A stretch of 64,000 nucleotides of DNA from Candidatus Planktophila sp. (GTDB taxonomy: Bacteria; Actinomycetota; Actinomycetes; Nanopelagicales; Nanopelagicaceae). Position numbers and translations under genes: made by a program. The stretch lies in contig JBIIRY010000003.1 in assembly GCA_044341305.1 (NCBI GenBank), positions 17,046 through 81,045 of the forward strand. Reading direction: 5' to 3'. A model generated the notes under the pieces. The model ran no database searches and was not told the DNA's origin. It saw nothing but the letters and a program-made list of their open reading frames with translations. Positions 39,756-51,896 of this stretch are shown piece by piece. Within the stretch, counting starts at the first letter, position 1. Each line of letters begins with the position of its first letter.

Positions 39756-40637
39756 GGGTTCAATATCCTCAGGTACATGTTCGGCAATAAACATTGCACC
39801 ATCTAAATGATTTCCCTTTGGCTCTACTAAAGTAATTTGTGGCAGCAGCGAAGATGTGCGCCGACGAATCGCTTCGATGTAACCTTTGTTATCTGCAAGT
39901 TTTCCAAGAAGTGCAATTGCAATTCCTTCGTTACGCATTCCACCAACATTGGTCCAGGCCGCGCGAATGGTTTTGGCTAAATACTCTGCACCTTTGTCTC
40001 GAATCGTAATTGCATCCGTGTTCTTTGCTTCTGCAGCCTCCAGCAAGGTTTTGGCTGCGTTAATGCAGAGAAGTTGCGCCTTAGCATCTGAATAAGACTT
40101 AAGAGATTCATAGGTTTTGATTTCTGATACAAAGAATTCTGATAGGAACGTTGCATCGTCTCTGCCCTCTTGTGTGGCAAGCACACGCTCGAGAGCTGCT
40201 TTACCTAACCAAAATCCTCCGCCAAGATCACCGAAAATATGTCCGAGTCCATCTGCATGAGAATAACTACCGCGACGTCCAGCAATAGCAACAACACCGC
40301 TTCCGATTGAGAGTGCAACGCCATCATTATTTCCAAGTGCACCAAAGTATCCCGCTAATCCATCATCTACGACTGCGATTGATTTTGCTCTGAAGTATTT
40401 TGCAGCGAGTTGACCATATGGTTTTGGGTCTCCCACGTCACCATAAACACCGGTAATACTTAGAACCACAATCTCACTTTGAAAAGTTGATCCTAAATTT
40501 TCTTGGATTTCTGCGAATAAATCATTGAGAACATCGAGAGTTGACTCATGTGCTTGCTTGGCTCGCTTGCTAACGTATTCTGAATCAAGAGTTCTATACC
40601 TTGCGCCTGATTGTCCTAAGTCCACTGCTAGTACCAT
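39732..40637 (-). CDS. BadF/BadG/BcrA/BcrD-type ATPase (N-acetylglucosamine kinase-like)
   Basis: LAVDLGQSGAR N-terminal phosphate loop and SIGSGVVA; ASKHA fold pattern. Confidence 0.72.
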   Translation of the reverse strand: MVLAVDLGQSGARYRTLDSEYVSKRAKQAHESTLDVLNDLFAEIQENLGSTFQSEIVVLSITGVYGDVGDPKPYGQLAAKYFRAKSIAVVDDGLAGYFGALGNNDGVALSIGSGVVAIAGRRGSYSHADGLGHIFGDLGGGFWLGKAALERVLATQEGRDDATFLSEFFVSEIKTYESLKSYSDAKAQLLCINAAKTLLEAAEAKNTDAITIRDKGAEYLAKTIRAAWTNVGGMRNEGIAIALLGKLADNKGYIEAIRRRTSSLLPQITLVEPKGNHLDGAMFIAEHVPEDIEPLLRWWQK

Positions 40638-40664
40638 AATTACAAGTCTAGTTAAGGAGAGCAG

Positions 40665-41435
40665 ATGAGCAAATGGGCCATGGTTACAGGCGCAACCGCC
40701 GGTATTGGTGAGAGTTTCACTCGCGTCTTAGCTCGCGAAGGTTTCAACATTGTTCTTGTTGCTCGAGACCTGGAGCGCATGAAAGAACGCGCTGCAACTT
40801 TAGAATCACAGTTCAATATTCAGACCGCGATTGTGCAAGCAGATTTGGCCACTGATGATGGTTGCGCAAAGGTTGAAAGGTATATAAATGAGAACGCTAT
40901 TGAAGTTCTCATTAATAATGCTGGCTTTGGAATCAATAAAGCTTTCTCTATGAGTGACTTAAACTCAGAGCAACAGTTATTAGATGTCTTGGTTCGTACG
41001 CCAATGCGTCTCATGCACACCGTTATCCCACAGATGAAAGCTCGCAACAGTGGCTCAATTGTTAATGTCTCATCAGTTGCAGGCTGGATTGCTGGTGGAA
41101 CCTACAGCGCAGCTAAGTCGTACTTAACAGTTCTCTCTGAATCACTTCACACCGAATTACGTGGCACCGGCATAAAGATCTCTGCACTCTGTCCTGGATT
41201 TACGCGCACCGAATTTCATGAGCGCGGTCGTATGCGCATGAATGGTTTACCTAACTTCATGTGGCTCAGTGCTGATCGAGTAGTTTCGCAGGCTTGGAAA
41301 GAAAACCAGAATGGCAAAGTCTTATCTGTACCGGGTTGGCAGTATTTGACTTTAAGCACTGTTTCTCGTTTCGGACCTCGTCCACTCGTGCGAAAGCTTG
41401 GAATGAACGTAAGGGTGCGCCAGCGCAAAAAGTAA
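40665..41435 (+). CDS. SDR family oxidoreductase
   Basis: VTGATAGIG, NNAG and YSAAK catalytic motifs. Confidence 0.9.
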   Translation: MSKWAMVTGATAGIGESFTRVLAREGFNIVLVARDLERMKERAATLESQFNIQTAIVQADLATDDGCAKVERYINENAIEVLINNAGFGINKAFSMSDLNSEQQLLDVLVRTPMRLMHTVIPQMKARNSGSIVNVSSVAGWIAGGTYSAAKSYLTVLSESLHTELRGTGIKISALCPGFTRTEFHERGRMRMNGLPNFMWLSADRVVSQAWKENQNGKVLSVPGWQYLTLSTVSRFGPRPLVRKLGMNVRVRQRKK

Positions 41436-41489
41436 ACGTATAGGGCTTCCCCTATACATCTTTTGTAGTACTTCTTCTACGGTGTTGTT

Positions 41490-42872
41490 GTGCTCCGAAA
41501 ATATTTTTCATTCAATACTGTGGCATTTGCGCTGCTTACGATTCATCTAATTTCTAGGCTTATTCATACAACACCACAGATTTATCTGGACTTATGGATA
41601 TATAACGCAGTACCAATACTTTTTGTTTTTGCGCTCTTCTTTGTTCCAAGTTTTAATGATCACATCGGTATCGCATTCTTGGCACTAGCCATCGGATTAT
41701 GGGCTGCTGGATCAATTCTTTCCTCGCTCAGTGTTTTTTACACACTCAACCTACGAAGTGAATTGATTTCTAACGTTCTCTACATGCTCTTTTATCCCGC
41801 AGCATTTATTGCACTGCCTCGCTTACTCTCGCAGCGTTCACGTATTTCTGCAGTAGAGATTCTCGATTCAACCATCATCGCACTTGGGTTGAGTTCCTTA
41901 GGGACTGCACTCTTTGTTGGGCCGGTTTTGCCACGACTCAACGGTGACATGGTGATGACTTTCTTTGCAATCTTTTATCCAGTTGGTGACTTAATACTTG
42001 TTACCAGTGTTATCTCTACGCTCTTATCTCAAAGACTTTCTAAGAGAGCAATTGTTGCCAGTGCCGGAATCTTTATCTTTGCTTTTTCTGACTTTCTATT
42101 TCTGTGGTTACACGTTAACAATAAATACATATTTGGGTCAGTCTCTGATGATGGTTGGCTGGTGGGACTTGCTTTGCTAGTCATGTCCACGCAATTTAAG
42201 GCCAGTGAACAGAATTCAAATGAGGGGGTAAATCCTGTATTCGTTGCGCTCTCCGTCTTTTTAAGTGCAACGCTGCTAGGAATCATCATCCTTCGACCTG
42301 GATATTTTCCTTCTTTCATACTTCTTCCTACATTACTGACACTGCTCGTTGCTTTTATTCGAATGACTATTGCACTTCGACAAGCTCGCTCCCTTGGTAC
42401 AGAAAGAATCCTTGCGCGAACAGATGAACTCACTGGTTTATCGAATCGAAGAAAACTAATTGCAGAGATGGTTGAAATGGGAGACGCTGAAGGCTCTCTC
42501 TTGATTTTAGATCTCGATGGTTTTAAACCAATTAATGATTCATTTGGGCATGACATCGGTGATGAAATTTTAAAGCAAGTTGCTATTCGCTTTCACAGAG
42601 CGCTTCCACCTGATGCCACACTCGCCCGATTAGGTGGTGATGAGTTTGGAGTATTACTCCACTCTAACTATGAAACCAGTATGGAAGTTGCGCGTGCATT
42701 GCATGCAACTATGAGTTATCCATTCGTGATTGAAAAAGAATCAATTGATCTGGGTGTCAGTATTGGTGTTGCAGCAAATAATGAAGAGCACGATTTGTTG
42801 CATAGAGCAGATGTTGCTATGTATCGAGCCAAGCGAGAATCACTCGGCGTTGCGCACTTTGATTTCTTCTAA
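41490..42872 (+). CDS. membrane-bound diguanylate cyclase (about 9-10 TM N-terminal domain + GGDEF)
   Basis: RTDELTGLSNRR, DLDGFKPINDSFGHDIGD and RLGGDEFGVLL (intact GGDEF). I see no RxxD I-site 5 residues upstream. Confidence 0.88.
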   Translation: MLRKYFSFNTVAFALLTIHLISRLIHTTPQIYLDLWIYNAVPILFVFALFFVPSFNDHIGIAFLALAIGLWAAGSILSSLSVFYTLNLRSELISNVLYMLFYPAAFIALPRLLSQRSRISAVEILDSTIIALGLSSLGTALFVGPVLPRLNGDMVMTFFAIFYPVGDLILVTSVISTLLSQRLSKRAIVASAGIFIFAFSDFLFLWLHVNNKYIFGSVSDDGWLVGLALLVMSTQFKASEQNSNEGVNPVFVALSVFLSATLLGIIILRPGYFPSFILLPTLLTLLVAFIRMTIALRQARSLGTERILARTDELTGLSNRRKLIAEMVEMGDAEGSLLILDLDGFKPINDSFGHDIGDEILKQVAIRFHRALPPDATLARLGGDEFGVLLHSNYETSMEVARALHATMSYPFVIEKESIDLGVSIGVAANNEEHDLLHRADVAMYRAKRESLGVAHFDFF

Positions 42873-44189
42873 ACGAGCAAGAGATTCAATTCGCTCTGAT
42901 GAATGTTCAACAGTTTTCTTTGCATAACCGTTTTTATATCCATCAGCGCAATCCCATGGCTCATGGATATCTTCTGCGCTTAAATGCGCCAGCTCTGAAA
43001 CATACTTTCTTATGTAATCCCCATTTTCATCAAAGCGTTTACCTTGCTCGATTGGATTAAAGACGCGGTAATAAGGCGAAGCATCTGTGCCACATCCTGC
43101 AGTCCATTGCCATCCATGCGCATTTGAGGCGATGTCAAAATCAACGAGGTGTTCTTCAAAAAATTGTGCCCCGTGTTGCCATTCGATATGCAGATCCTTC
43201 GCTAGAAACGATGCCACAACCATGCGCACGCGATTGTGCATCCAGCCTTCTTTAACTAGTTGGCGCATACCTGCATCAACAAATGGGTACCCTGTTTTGC
43301 CTTCACACCATGCTTTGAATTTTTCACCTGGTACGTCATATCTCATCTTTGCAAATTGTGGCGCGTAATAATCCTTGTCAGTGTGCGGATAGTTGAACAA
43401 AACGTCGGCATAAAACTCGCGCCAAGCAATTTCTTTTCTAAAGGTGTCATGCGCTTTGTTTTCTCCGAGACCTGCAAGAAGTGTCCGTGGATGAATCTCT
43501 CCCCATGTTAGGTGCGCACTCATCTTGCTCGTGCCATCAATGCCTGCAAAGTTTCTTGTTTCATCATATGTATCAAGACCATGTGCTTTAAAGTGTTTAA
43601 ATCTTTCGTGTGCTGCTTTTTCTCCAGCAACTGGAATATCTGTTCCTTCTGGTGCTTGCCACGTTGGAAAATTTCTATCCTTAGGATCAGGAGTAACTGC
43701 TTTAATTGTTTTAGGAGCGGCAACTGCTGCACGCCAACCATGTGCAAGCCATCCACGATAAAAAGGTGTGTACACGCGATAGTTTGTCGCATCGCTCGGT
43801 TTCTTAACGCGCCCCGGTGCTACTGCATATGGACTTCCTGTGCGCGTAAGCTCGATGCCTGCAGCTTCGATGCGCGCATCTCGTTCAACAGCGTATTTGT
43901 CATACTCTGTTGAGATATGAACCGATGTTGCTTCGTACTTTTTCTTGAAATCTTTTAGAATTTCGAGTGGATCTCCAGCACAGACATTTAACTTATTGTT
44001 AAGTGATTCATCCAGTCTTTGCAGTGATGCGGCTAAATACGCCAAGCCTTTTGCGCCCGTGATATCTATTAATCTTGGATCTAAAATAAATACAGGAACA
44101 ATCTCTTCGCCAGCTTCGATGGCTGCCAATAAAGCAGGATTATCAATCAGGCGTAAGTCGCGCCTAAACCACATGATGCTGCGCGACAT
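42840..44189 (-). CDS. phr: deoxyribodipyrimidine photo-lyase (class I CPD photolyase/cryptochrome family)
   Basis: IMWFRRDLRLIDNPAL, WREFY, TGYPFVDAGMRQL, GWMHNRVRM and WQWTAGCGTDASPYYRVFNP. Confidence 0.93.
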   Translation of the reverse strand: MSRSIMWFRRDLRLIDNPALLAAIEAGEEIVPVFILDPRLIDITGAKGLAYLAASLQRLDESLNNKLNVCAGDPLEILKDFKKKYEATSVHISTEYDKYAVERDARIEAAGIELTRTGSPYAVAPGRVKKPSDATNYRVYTPFYRGWLAHGWRAAVAAPKTIKAVTPDPKDRNFPTWQAPEGTDIPVAGEKAAHERFKHFKAHGLDTYDETRNFAGIDGTSKMSAHLTWGEIHPRTLLAGLGENKAHDTFRKEIAWREFYADVLFNYPHTDKDYYAPQFAKMRYDVPGEKFKAWCEGKTGYPFVDAGMRQLVKEGWMHNRVRMVVASFLAKDLHIEWQHGAQFFEEHLVDFDIASNAHGWQWTAGCGTDASPYYRVFNPIEQGKRFDENGDYIRKYVSELAHLSAEDIHEPWDCADGYKNGYAKKTVEHSSERIESLARLEEIKVRNAE

Positions 44190-44195
44190 AGTGAG

Positions 44196-45311
44196 TTAAT
44201 TATGTAGTTGGTGAACAGTTGCATCCCAGCCTTGTACATCTTCTGGTTTGCGTGGTGCTTTACCAATGTAACGAGCTGATGGACGAATCAAGCGGCCAGT
44301 TCTCTTCTGCTCAAGAATATGCGCCGACCATCCTGCAGTGCGTGCGGCTGTAAACATTGAAGTAAATAGTGGACCAGGAACGTCAGCGAAATCGAGAACA
44401 ATTGCCGCCCAGAATTCAACGTTAGTTTCGAGAACACGTTCTGGATGGCGTTCGTGTAATTCTGCGAGTGCAGCTTTTTCAAGTTCGAGTGCAACCTCAT
44501 AGCGAGGTGCACCTAATTCTTTTGCTGTGCGACGCAATGTACGTGCACGTGGATCTTCTGCGCGATACACACGGTGCCCAAATCCCATTAAGCGTTCGCC
44601 GCGATCCATTAAATCTTTTACGTACTTACGAGCATCGCCTAAGCGTTCTACATCTTCAATCATTCCAAGAACGCGAGATGGTGCTCCACCATGTAATGGA
44701 CCAGACATTGCGCCGATTGCACCGGAGAGTGCTGCTGCAACATCTGCACCAGTTGATGCGATAACTCGAGCTGTAAATGTGGATGCATTCATTCCGTGTT
44801 CTGCTGCAGAAACAAAGTACGCATCAATTGCACGAACATGAAGTGGATCTGGTTCGCCGCGCCAGCGAATCATCATGCGCTCTACAACTGTGTGCGCCTT
44901 ATCGATTTCTGATTCAGGAACTGGTGTTGCAGTAACACCGCGAGCAGATTGTGCAAGGTATGACAAAACCATTACTGATGCACGAGCAAGATTTGAACGA
45001 GTCTCTTCATCAGAAATATCTAGTAGTGGTTTGAAACCCCACGCTGGTGCAAGCATTGCAATTGCTGATTGCACATCGACTCGAACATCACCTGAGTGAA
45101 CTGGTAACGGAAACTTTTCTGCTGGTGGAAGACCTGGATTAAATTCATCATCAACAAGTAATCCCCATACGTTTCCAAATGAAACGCGTCCAACTAAATC
45201 TTCGATATCAACTCCGCGGTAACGAAGCGCACTACCTTCTTTATCTGGTTCAGCAATTTCAGATTCAAAAGCTATGACACCTTCGAGACCTGGCTTGAAA
45301 TCATCAGACAC
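44196..45311 (-). CDS. citA: citrate synthase (CitA-like, short type)
   Basis: HAEHGMNAST, GPLHGGA and GFGHRVY. Confidence 0.9.
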   Translation of the reverse strand: MSDDFKPGLEGVIAFESEIAEPDKEGSALRYRGVDIEDLVGRVSFGNVWGLLVDDEFNPGLPPAEKFPLPVHSGDVRVDVQSAIAMLAPAWGFKPLLDISDEETRSNLARASVMVLSYLAQSARGVTATPVPESEIDKAHTVVERMMIRWRGEPDPLHVRAIDAYFVSAAEHGMNASTFTARVIASTGADVAAALSGAIGAMSGPLHGGAPSRVLGMIEDVERLGDARKYVKDLMDRGERLMGFGHRVYRAEDPRARTLRRTAKELGAPRYEVALELEKAALAELHERHPERVLETNVEFWAAIVLDFADVPGPLFTSMFTAARTAGWSAHILEQKRTGRLIRPSARYIGKAPRKPEDVQGWDATVHQLHN

Positions 45312-45424
45312 TATGCGCTCCTCTATCTGGAAATTACATGGGTAATTCTGCCCCCATCAAAGGTGTGCTGGCGACCACGGATGTTGAGATAGCCCTATCG
45401 GCCAAAGTGACGTTAGATACATCC

Positions 45425-46087
45425 ATGAAGGAAACAGGAATCCGAGCCGAGATTGCTGCCATGCGCCGTTCCTATGGAGAAGTCGGGCTAGAGAATTTGC
45501 CAGCTGATCCGGTGACGTTGTTTGAAGAGTGGATGGCTGCGGCTGCGGCAAATGAAATCATCGTCGAGGCAAATGCCATGGTGCTCTCGACTGCAGATGG
45601 ATCTGGCGAAATTACAACGCGCACTGTTTTACTTAAAGATATTTCACTGGGTGGATTTACTTTCTTTACGAATTATTCATCGCGTAAGGCGCAAGCAATT
45701 GCAATGAATTCGCAAGTAACACTTCTGTTTCCTTGGTATGCAATGGAGCGACAAGTGATTATCTCTGGACAAGCAGACAAAATTTCTCGTGAAGAGTCTG
45801 AAAATTACTTTGCAACACGTCCGTGGTCGAGTCAGATCGGTGCATGGGCAAGTGTTCAATCTGCACCCCTTGCGTCACGTGAAGAATTAGAAATGCGTTT
45901 TCAAGGTGCAGCAGAAAAGTGGCCTGAAGGAAGTGTGGTTCCAACTCCACCACATTGGGGTGGCTTTCGAGTAATACCGGACAGTATTGAATACTGGCAA
46001 GGAAGATACTCGCGATTACATGACCGTATTAGATATCACAGAGCAAGTGCAAAATCCGATTGGGAAATGCAGCGTTACTTCCCTTAA
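45425..46087 (+). CDS. pdxH: pyridoxamine 5'-phosphate oxidase
   Basis: MRRSYGE...LPADPVTLFEEW, RTVLLK, FFTNYSSRK, IEYWQGRYSRLHDR. The track ORF starts at 45338. I prefer the ATG at 45425, which matches the E. coli PdxH N-terminal length and leaves room for divergent promoters. The start is uncertain. Confidence 0.85.
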   Translation: MKETGIRAEIAAMRRSYGEVGLENLPADPVTLFEEWMAAAAANEIIVEANAMVLSTADGSGEITTRTVLLKDISLGGFTFFTNYSSRKAQAIAMNSQVTLLFPWYAMERQVIISGQADKISREESENYFATRPWSSQIGAWASVQSAPLASREELEMRFQGAAEKWPEGSVVPTPPHWGGFRVIPDSIEYWQGRYSRLHDRIRYHRASAKSDWEMQRYFP

Positions 46088-47209
<1,122 letters not shown>

Positions 47210-47228
47210 TTTATCCGTAAGGGAAGCA

Positions 47229-48404
47229 ATGCCACACTCATTTACGCGCGACAAAACATTTTGGGCAATCGCACTTCAAGTAACAATTCTTAACTTTTAT
47301 TTAGGCGGATTTGGCCCTGCTCAACCACTCTTGCGCGCCGATCAAGGAACATCATTAACAATCGCTGGATTACACGGAACTGCCATGGGTATCGCTTCAA
47401 TCTGTGCGGGATTATCTAACTCTCGTCTAGTTCACTTCTTTGGTCGCGAAAAAACTTCATGGATTGGCATGTGGCTCTTCTGTATTGGCGTAATCATGTT
47501 CGTCAGCTTTAAGTCAATCGCGTTTACATTAACAGCTACGTTTCTAGGTGGCATGGGAACCTCCATGGTCATTAACAACATGGTCACCAGACTCTCTCAC
47601 CACTTTAAACAAGCCACTCCCCGCGCTTTACCGCAATCAACTGGCATTAACTCTGTTGGATATGTCTTTGGAACTTTGATCATCGGCACTCTGGCCGGAA
47701 CCGCCATCAGTTGGCGCTTCGGTTTATTACTCACAGTTCCAGCAACAATTATTCTGTACTTCTTCTCTCGAGATAAAAATCGCAATGTACATGACCGCGA
47801 AATTAGCGTGCGCCAGAGCGGCAAGCTCTCTCGCACGTATTGGCTTGCCTGCTTTGGTTTTTTCATCTGTATCTGCACTGAGTTTGCAACAGCCTTTTGG
47901 GCTGCAGCACTTCTACAAAATCGCGTAGGTGGCACAGCATCAGCTGCAACGCTAGGTATCGTCGCATTAGGTATCGGAATGGCAGTTGGTCGCTGGTATG
48001 GCGCAATAGTTCTAAAGAAATTGCAGATCGACCATCAACTTATTTCAATAATCATTTTGCAGTTAATCGGTTTTATAATTTTCTGGTTCTCACACAACAT
48101 TATTGTTTCTCTTATTTCACTCTTCATTAACGGCCTTGGAATCTCGATGCAATTTGCTCTCTCATCTCTTCGACTAATCGGCTTTAGTGATAAACGTCCT
48201 GACTTGGCAATTGGCATCAGTTCATTGGCCGCAGGATCTGGTATCGCACTTGCGCCTTTTATCCTCGGAGTGCTCGGCGACCAAGTTGGAATTTCTCGGG
48301 CTTATTTAATGGTGCCAGTCTTAATCATTATTGCCCTGGTCATTGTTATTCTTACCCCTACGAAGAATCCCGAGAAAGAGACAAGTCATGAATTACAAAA
48401 CTAG
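47229..48404 (+). CDS. MFS transporter
   Basis: 391 aa with about 12 TM segments. Confidence 0.8.
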   Translation: MPHSFTRDKTFWAIALQVTILNFYLGGFGPAQPLLRADQGTSLTIAGLHGTAMGIASICAGLSNSRLVHFFGREKTSWIGMWLFCIGVIMFVSFKSIAFTLTATFLGGMGTSMVINNMVTRLSHHFKQATPRALPQSTGINSVGYVFGTLIIGTLAGTAISWRFGLLLTVPATIILYFFSRDKNRNVHDREISVRQSGKLSRTYWLACFGFFICICTEFATAFWAAALLQNRVGGTASAATLGIVALGIGMAVGRWYGAIVLKKLQIDHQLISIIILQLIGFIIFWFSHNIIVSLISLFINGLGISMQFALSSLRLIGFSDKRPDLAIGISSLAAGSGIALAPFILGVLGDQVGISRAYLMVPVLIIIALVIVILTPTKNPEKETSHELQN

Positions 48405-48468
48405 ACGATACGCAACAATTGCCGCTCTTATCGGTTTACTAGCACTTATTGTTTTTAGCGGTATCTAA

Positions 48469-48657
48469 ATGCAGTCAAATGTTCGCACTGCAGTTCTGGT
48501 CATTGCCATCGGAACTATCGGTTGGCTAATTGCTGGTGTGGCATTTTTAATTGCAGATTTAGAAACTAAGTACGTATGGACATGCGTGTGCGGTGCCGCA
48601 CTCGGTGTTATTGGTATTCGTTACACAATTCGCAGAGCACGCAGAAGCGGAATTTAA
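48469..48657 (+). CDS. small two-TM membrane protein (DUF2530-like)
   Basis: 62 aa with two hydrophobic helices and a basic C-terminus, RRARRSGI. Confidence 0.5.
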   Translation: MQSNVRTAVLVIAIGTIGWLIAGVAFLIADLETKYVWTCVCGAALGVIGIRYTIRRARRSGI

Positions 48658-49037
48658 GCTTCTAGCTGTCCCGCAATACCGCGAAGAACTTTTCCAAGAC
48701 GCTCTGCTTCGATTGCAGATGGATGGCGTCCATGGCGTAAACCATTTCCAACCTTGTCCAAAATCTTGATTGTGTCTTCGATCATTGCAGCAAGATCATC
48801 ACTGTTAGTGCGTGAGTTAGCTGCTAGCGATGGTGGTGCATCAATAATTTTTACAGAGAGCGCTTGTGGTCCACGACGACCATCGGCAACACTGAAGTCC
48901 AACTTTGTTCCAGGCTTAACTGTTGATACGCCTTCTGGAAGTGAAGTTGAAGCAAGGTAAACATCTTCGCCTTCATCGGATGCGATGAAACCAAAACCTT
49001 TTTCAAGGCTGAACCATTTCACTTTACCTGTAGGCAT
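48654..49037 (-). CDS. cold-shock domain protein with C-terminal extension (CspB-like)
   Basis: GKVKWFSLEKGFGFIASDEGEDVY contains the RNP1/RNP2 motifs. At 127 aa it is longer than CspA. Confidence 0.9.
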   Translation of the reverse strand: MPTGKVKWFSLEKGFGFIASDEGEDVYLASTSLPEGVSTVKPGTKLDFSVADGRRGPQALSVKIIDAPPSLAANSRTNSDDLAAMIEDTIKILDKVGNGLRHGRHPSAIEAERLGKVLRGIAGQLEA

Positions 49038-49105
49038 GGGGAGTGCTCCTTGCTAATTTCTTTATTCGTTTAAGCCGTGGGGGCCACGGGCAGAGGGCTA
49101 GTTTA

Positions 49106-49759
49106 TCAGAGCGTTGCTTCGGAGTGCGCGCCGCATCCGTGGTCAACGGAAACCACGCGTGCATCCTCGGGTGAAATCGCATTTGCGCACACCCCAAATG
49201 ATGAACGCAGTGAACCTGCTATCGGTAAAAAGAATGCGCATGAAGAACATGGTTTTGGTGCTGCTTGTGCAATTGGTGATTGTGGTCCACGATCACTTTC
49301 ATACCAACGCTTACTTGCTTGATCGCGACCTTCAATAGACATTACTCGTGCACGCCCGAGTCCGAGATCAAAAACTTGCATCGCGTCCAGTTCTTCATCA
49401 GCAATAAGTGAGTGCACTGATGGAACTAAACGAGTGTCATCGAGTGAACTTGGAACAATGTCACCGACACCAACATCGCCTGGTTGAATGCGATCACGGT
49501 AGGAAACCCACTCTGGTGCAAGAAGTGCATCTGGACCTGGAAGAACAACAACATCACAAATAGTTGGTTCAGATTTCTTATCAACGATTGCAATTGTTAC
49601 GCACCAGCGCCAACCTTTGTAACCTGCAAGATTTGCCTCAAACAAATAAGTTTCAACACGACCATCATCATCGATTTCCACGGATACATCTGCGCCAACT
49701 AATTCTGGATTGCCGGCATCGGCAATGGCTGCAGAACGTGCGAGTTCGAGTGTGCTCAT
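49106..49759 (-). CDS. DUF3027 domain-containing protein
   Basis: C-terminal CSSCAFFLPIAGSLRSSFGVCANAISPEDARVVSVDHGCGAHSE Cys/His cluster. It neighbours csp, as in other actinobacteria. Confidence 0.8.
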   Translation of the reverse strand: MSTLELARSAAIADAGNPELVGADVSVEIDDDGRVETYLFEANLAGYKGWRWCVTIAIVDKKSEPTICDVVVLPGPDALLAPEWVSYRDRIQPGDVGVGDIVPSSLDDTRLVPSVHSLIADEELDAMQVFDLGLGRARVMSIEGRDQASKRWYESDRGPQSPIAQAAPKPCSSCAFFLPIAGSLRSSFGVCANAISPEDARVVSVDHGCGAHSEATL

Positions 49760-49775
49760 CGGATAAGGATAAAGC

Positions 49776-49810
49776 AGAACGCCACTACCGAGTTAATCGG
49801 CAGTGGCGTT
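49776..49810 (-). terminator. long hairpin downstream of groEL (probable terminator)
   Basis: GAACGCCACT-(ACCGAGTTAATCGGC)-AGTGGCGTTC is a 10-bp perfect stem with an inner CCGA/TCGG extension. On the minus strand it is followed by TGCTTTATCC. Confidence 0.45.
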
Positions 49811-49833
49811 CGTAACGCTTTACGCGTGAGAAA

Positions 49834-51541
<1,708 letters not shown>

Positions 51542-51589
51542 CGCCAAATCTACGCGAGTAATTCCAGGACTGCAAAACCGAGCGGGAAT

Positions 51590-51856
51590 TTAGCGGGCTG
51601 TGCGAGCGGACATGCGTGCCTCGCGCAGGCGGCGAAGGCGTTTGACCAACATCGGGGCCGCAATAAGTGCGTCCTGGCGATCGATTAAATCATTGAGTAA
51701 TTGGTAGTAACGAGGAGCACTGAGATCAAAGAGTTCTTTAATTGCAGACTCTTTAGCACCAGCGAATTTCCACCATGTTCCTTCGAATTCAAGGATGCGT
51801 GCTTCTAGTTCGCTTAAACCGGCAGGCGAATTATTGGCACTTTCCATCATGGACAT
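51590..51856 (-). CDS. DUF3263 domain-containing protein
   Basis: LSELEARILEFEGTWWKFAGAKESAIKELFDLSAPRYYQLLNDLIDR...LVKRLRRLRE. Confidence 0.8.
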   Translation of the reverse strand: MSMMESANNSPAGLSELEARILEFEGTWWKFAGAKESAIKELFDLSAPRYYQLLNDLIDRQDALIAAPMLVKRLRRLREARMSARTAR

Positions 51857-51896
51857 GGGGAGAATCTTACGGGGAGGTTATTAAAAAGTGTGGGAT

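Noticed and set aside
49038-49105. Hairpin CCGTGG-GGG-CCACGG in the csp 5' region as a terminator or cold-shock UTR element
   Set aside because: The stem is short and has no U-tract in the transcribed orientation. A cold-shock box cannot be verified by eye.
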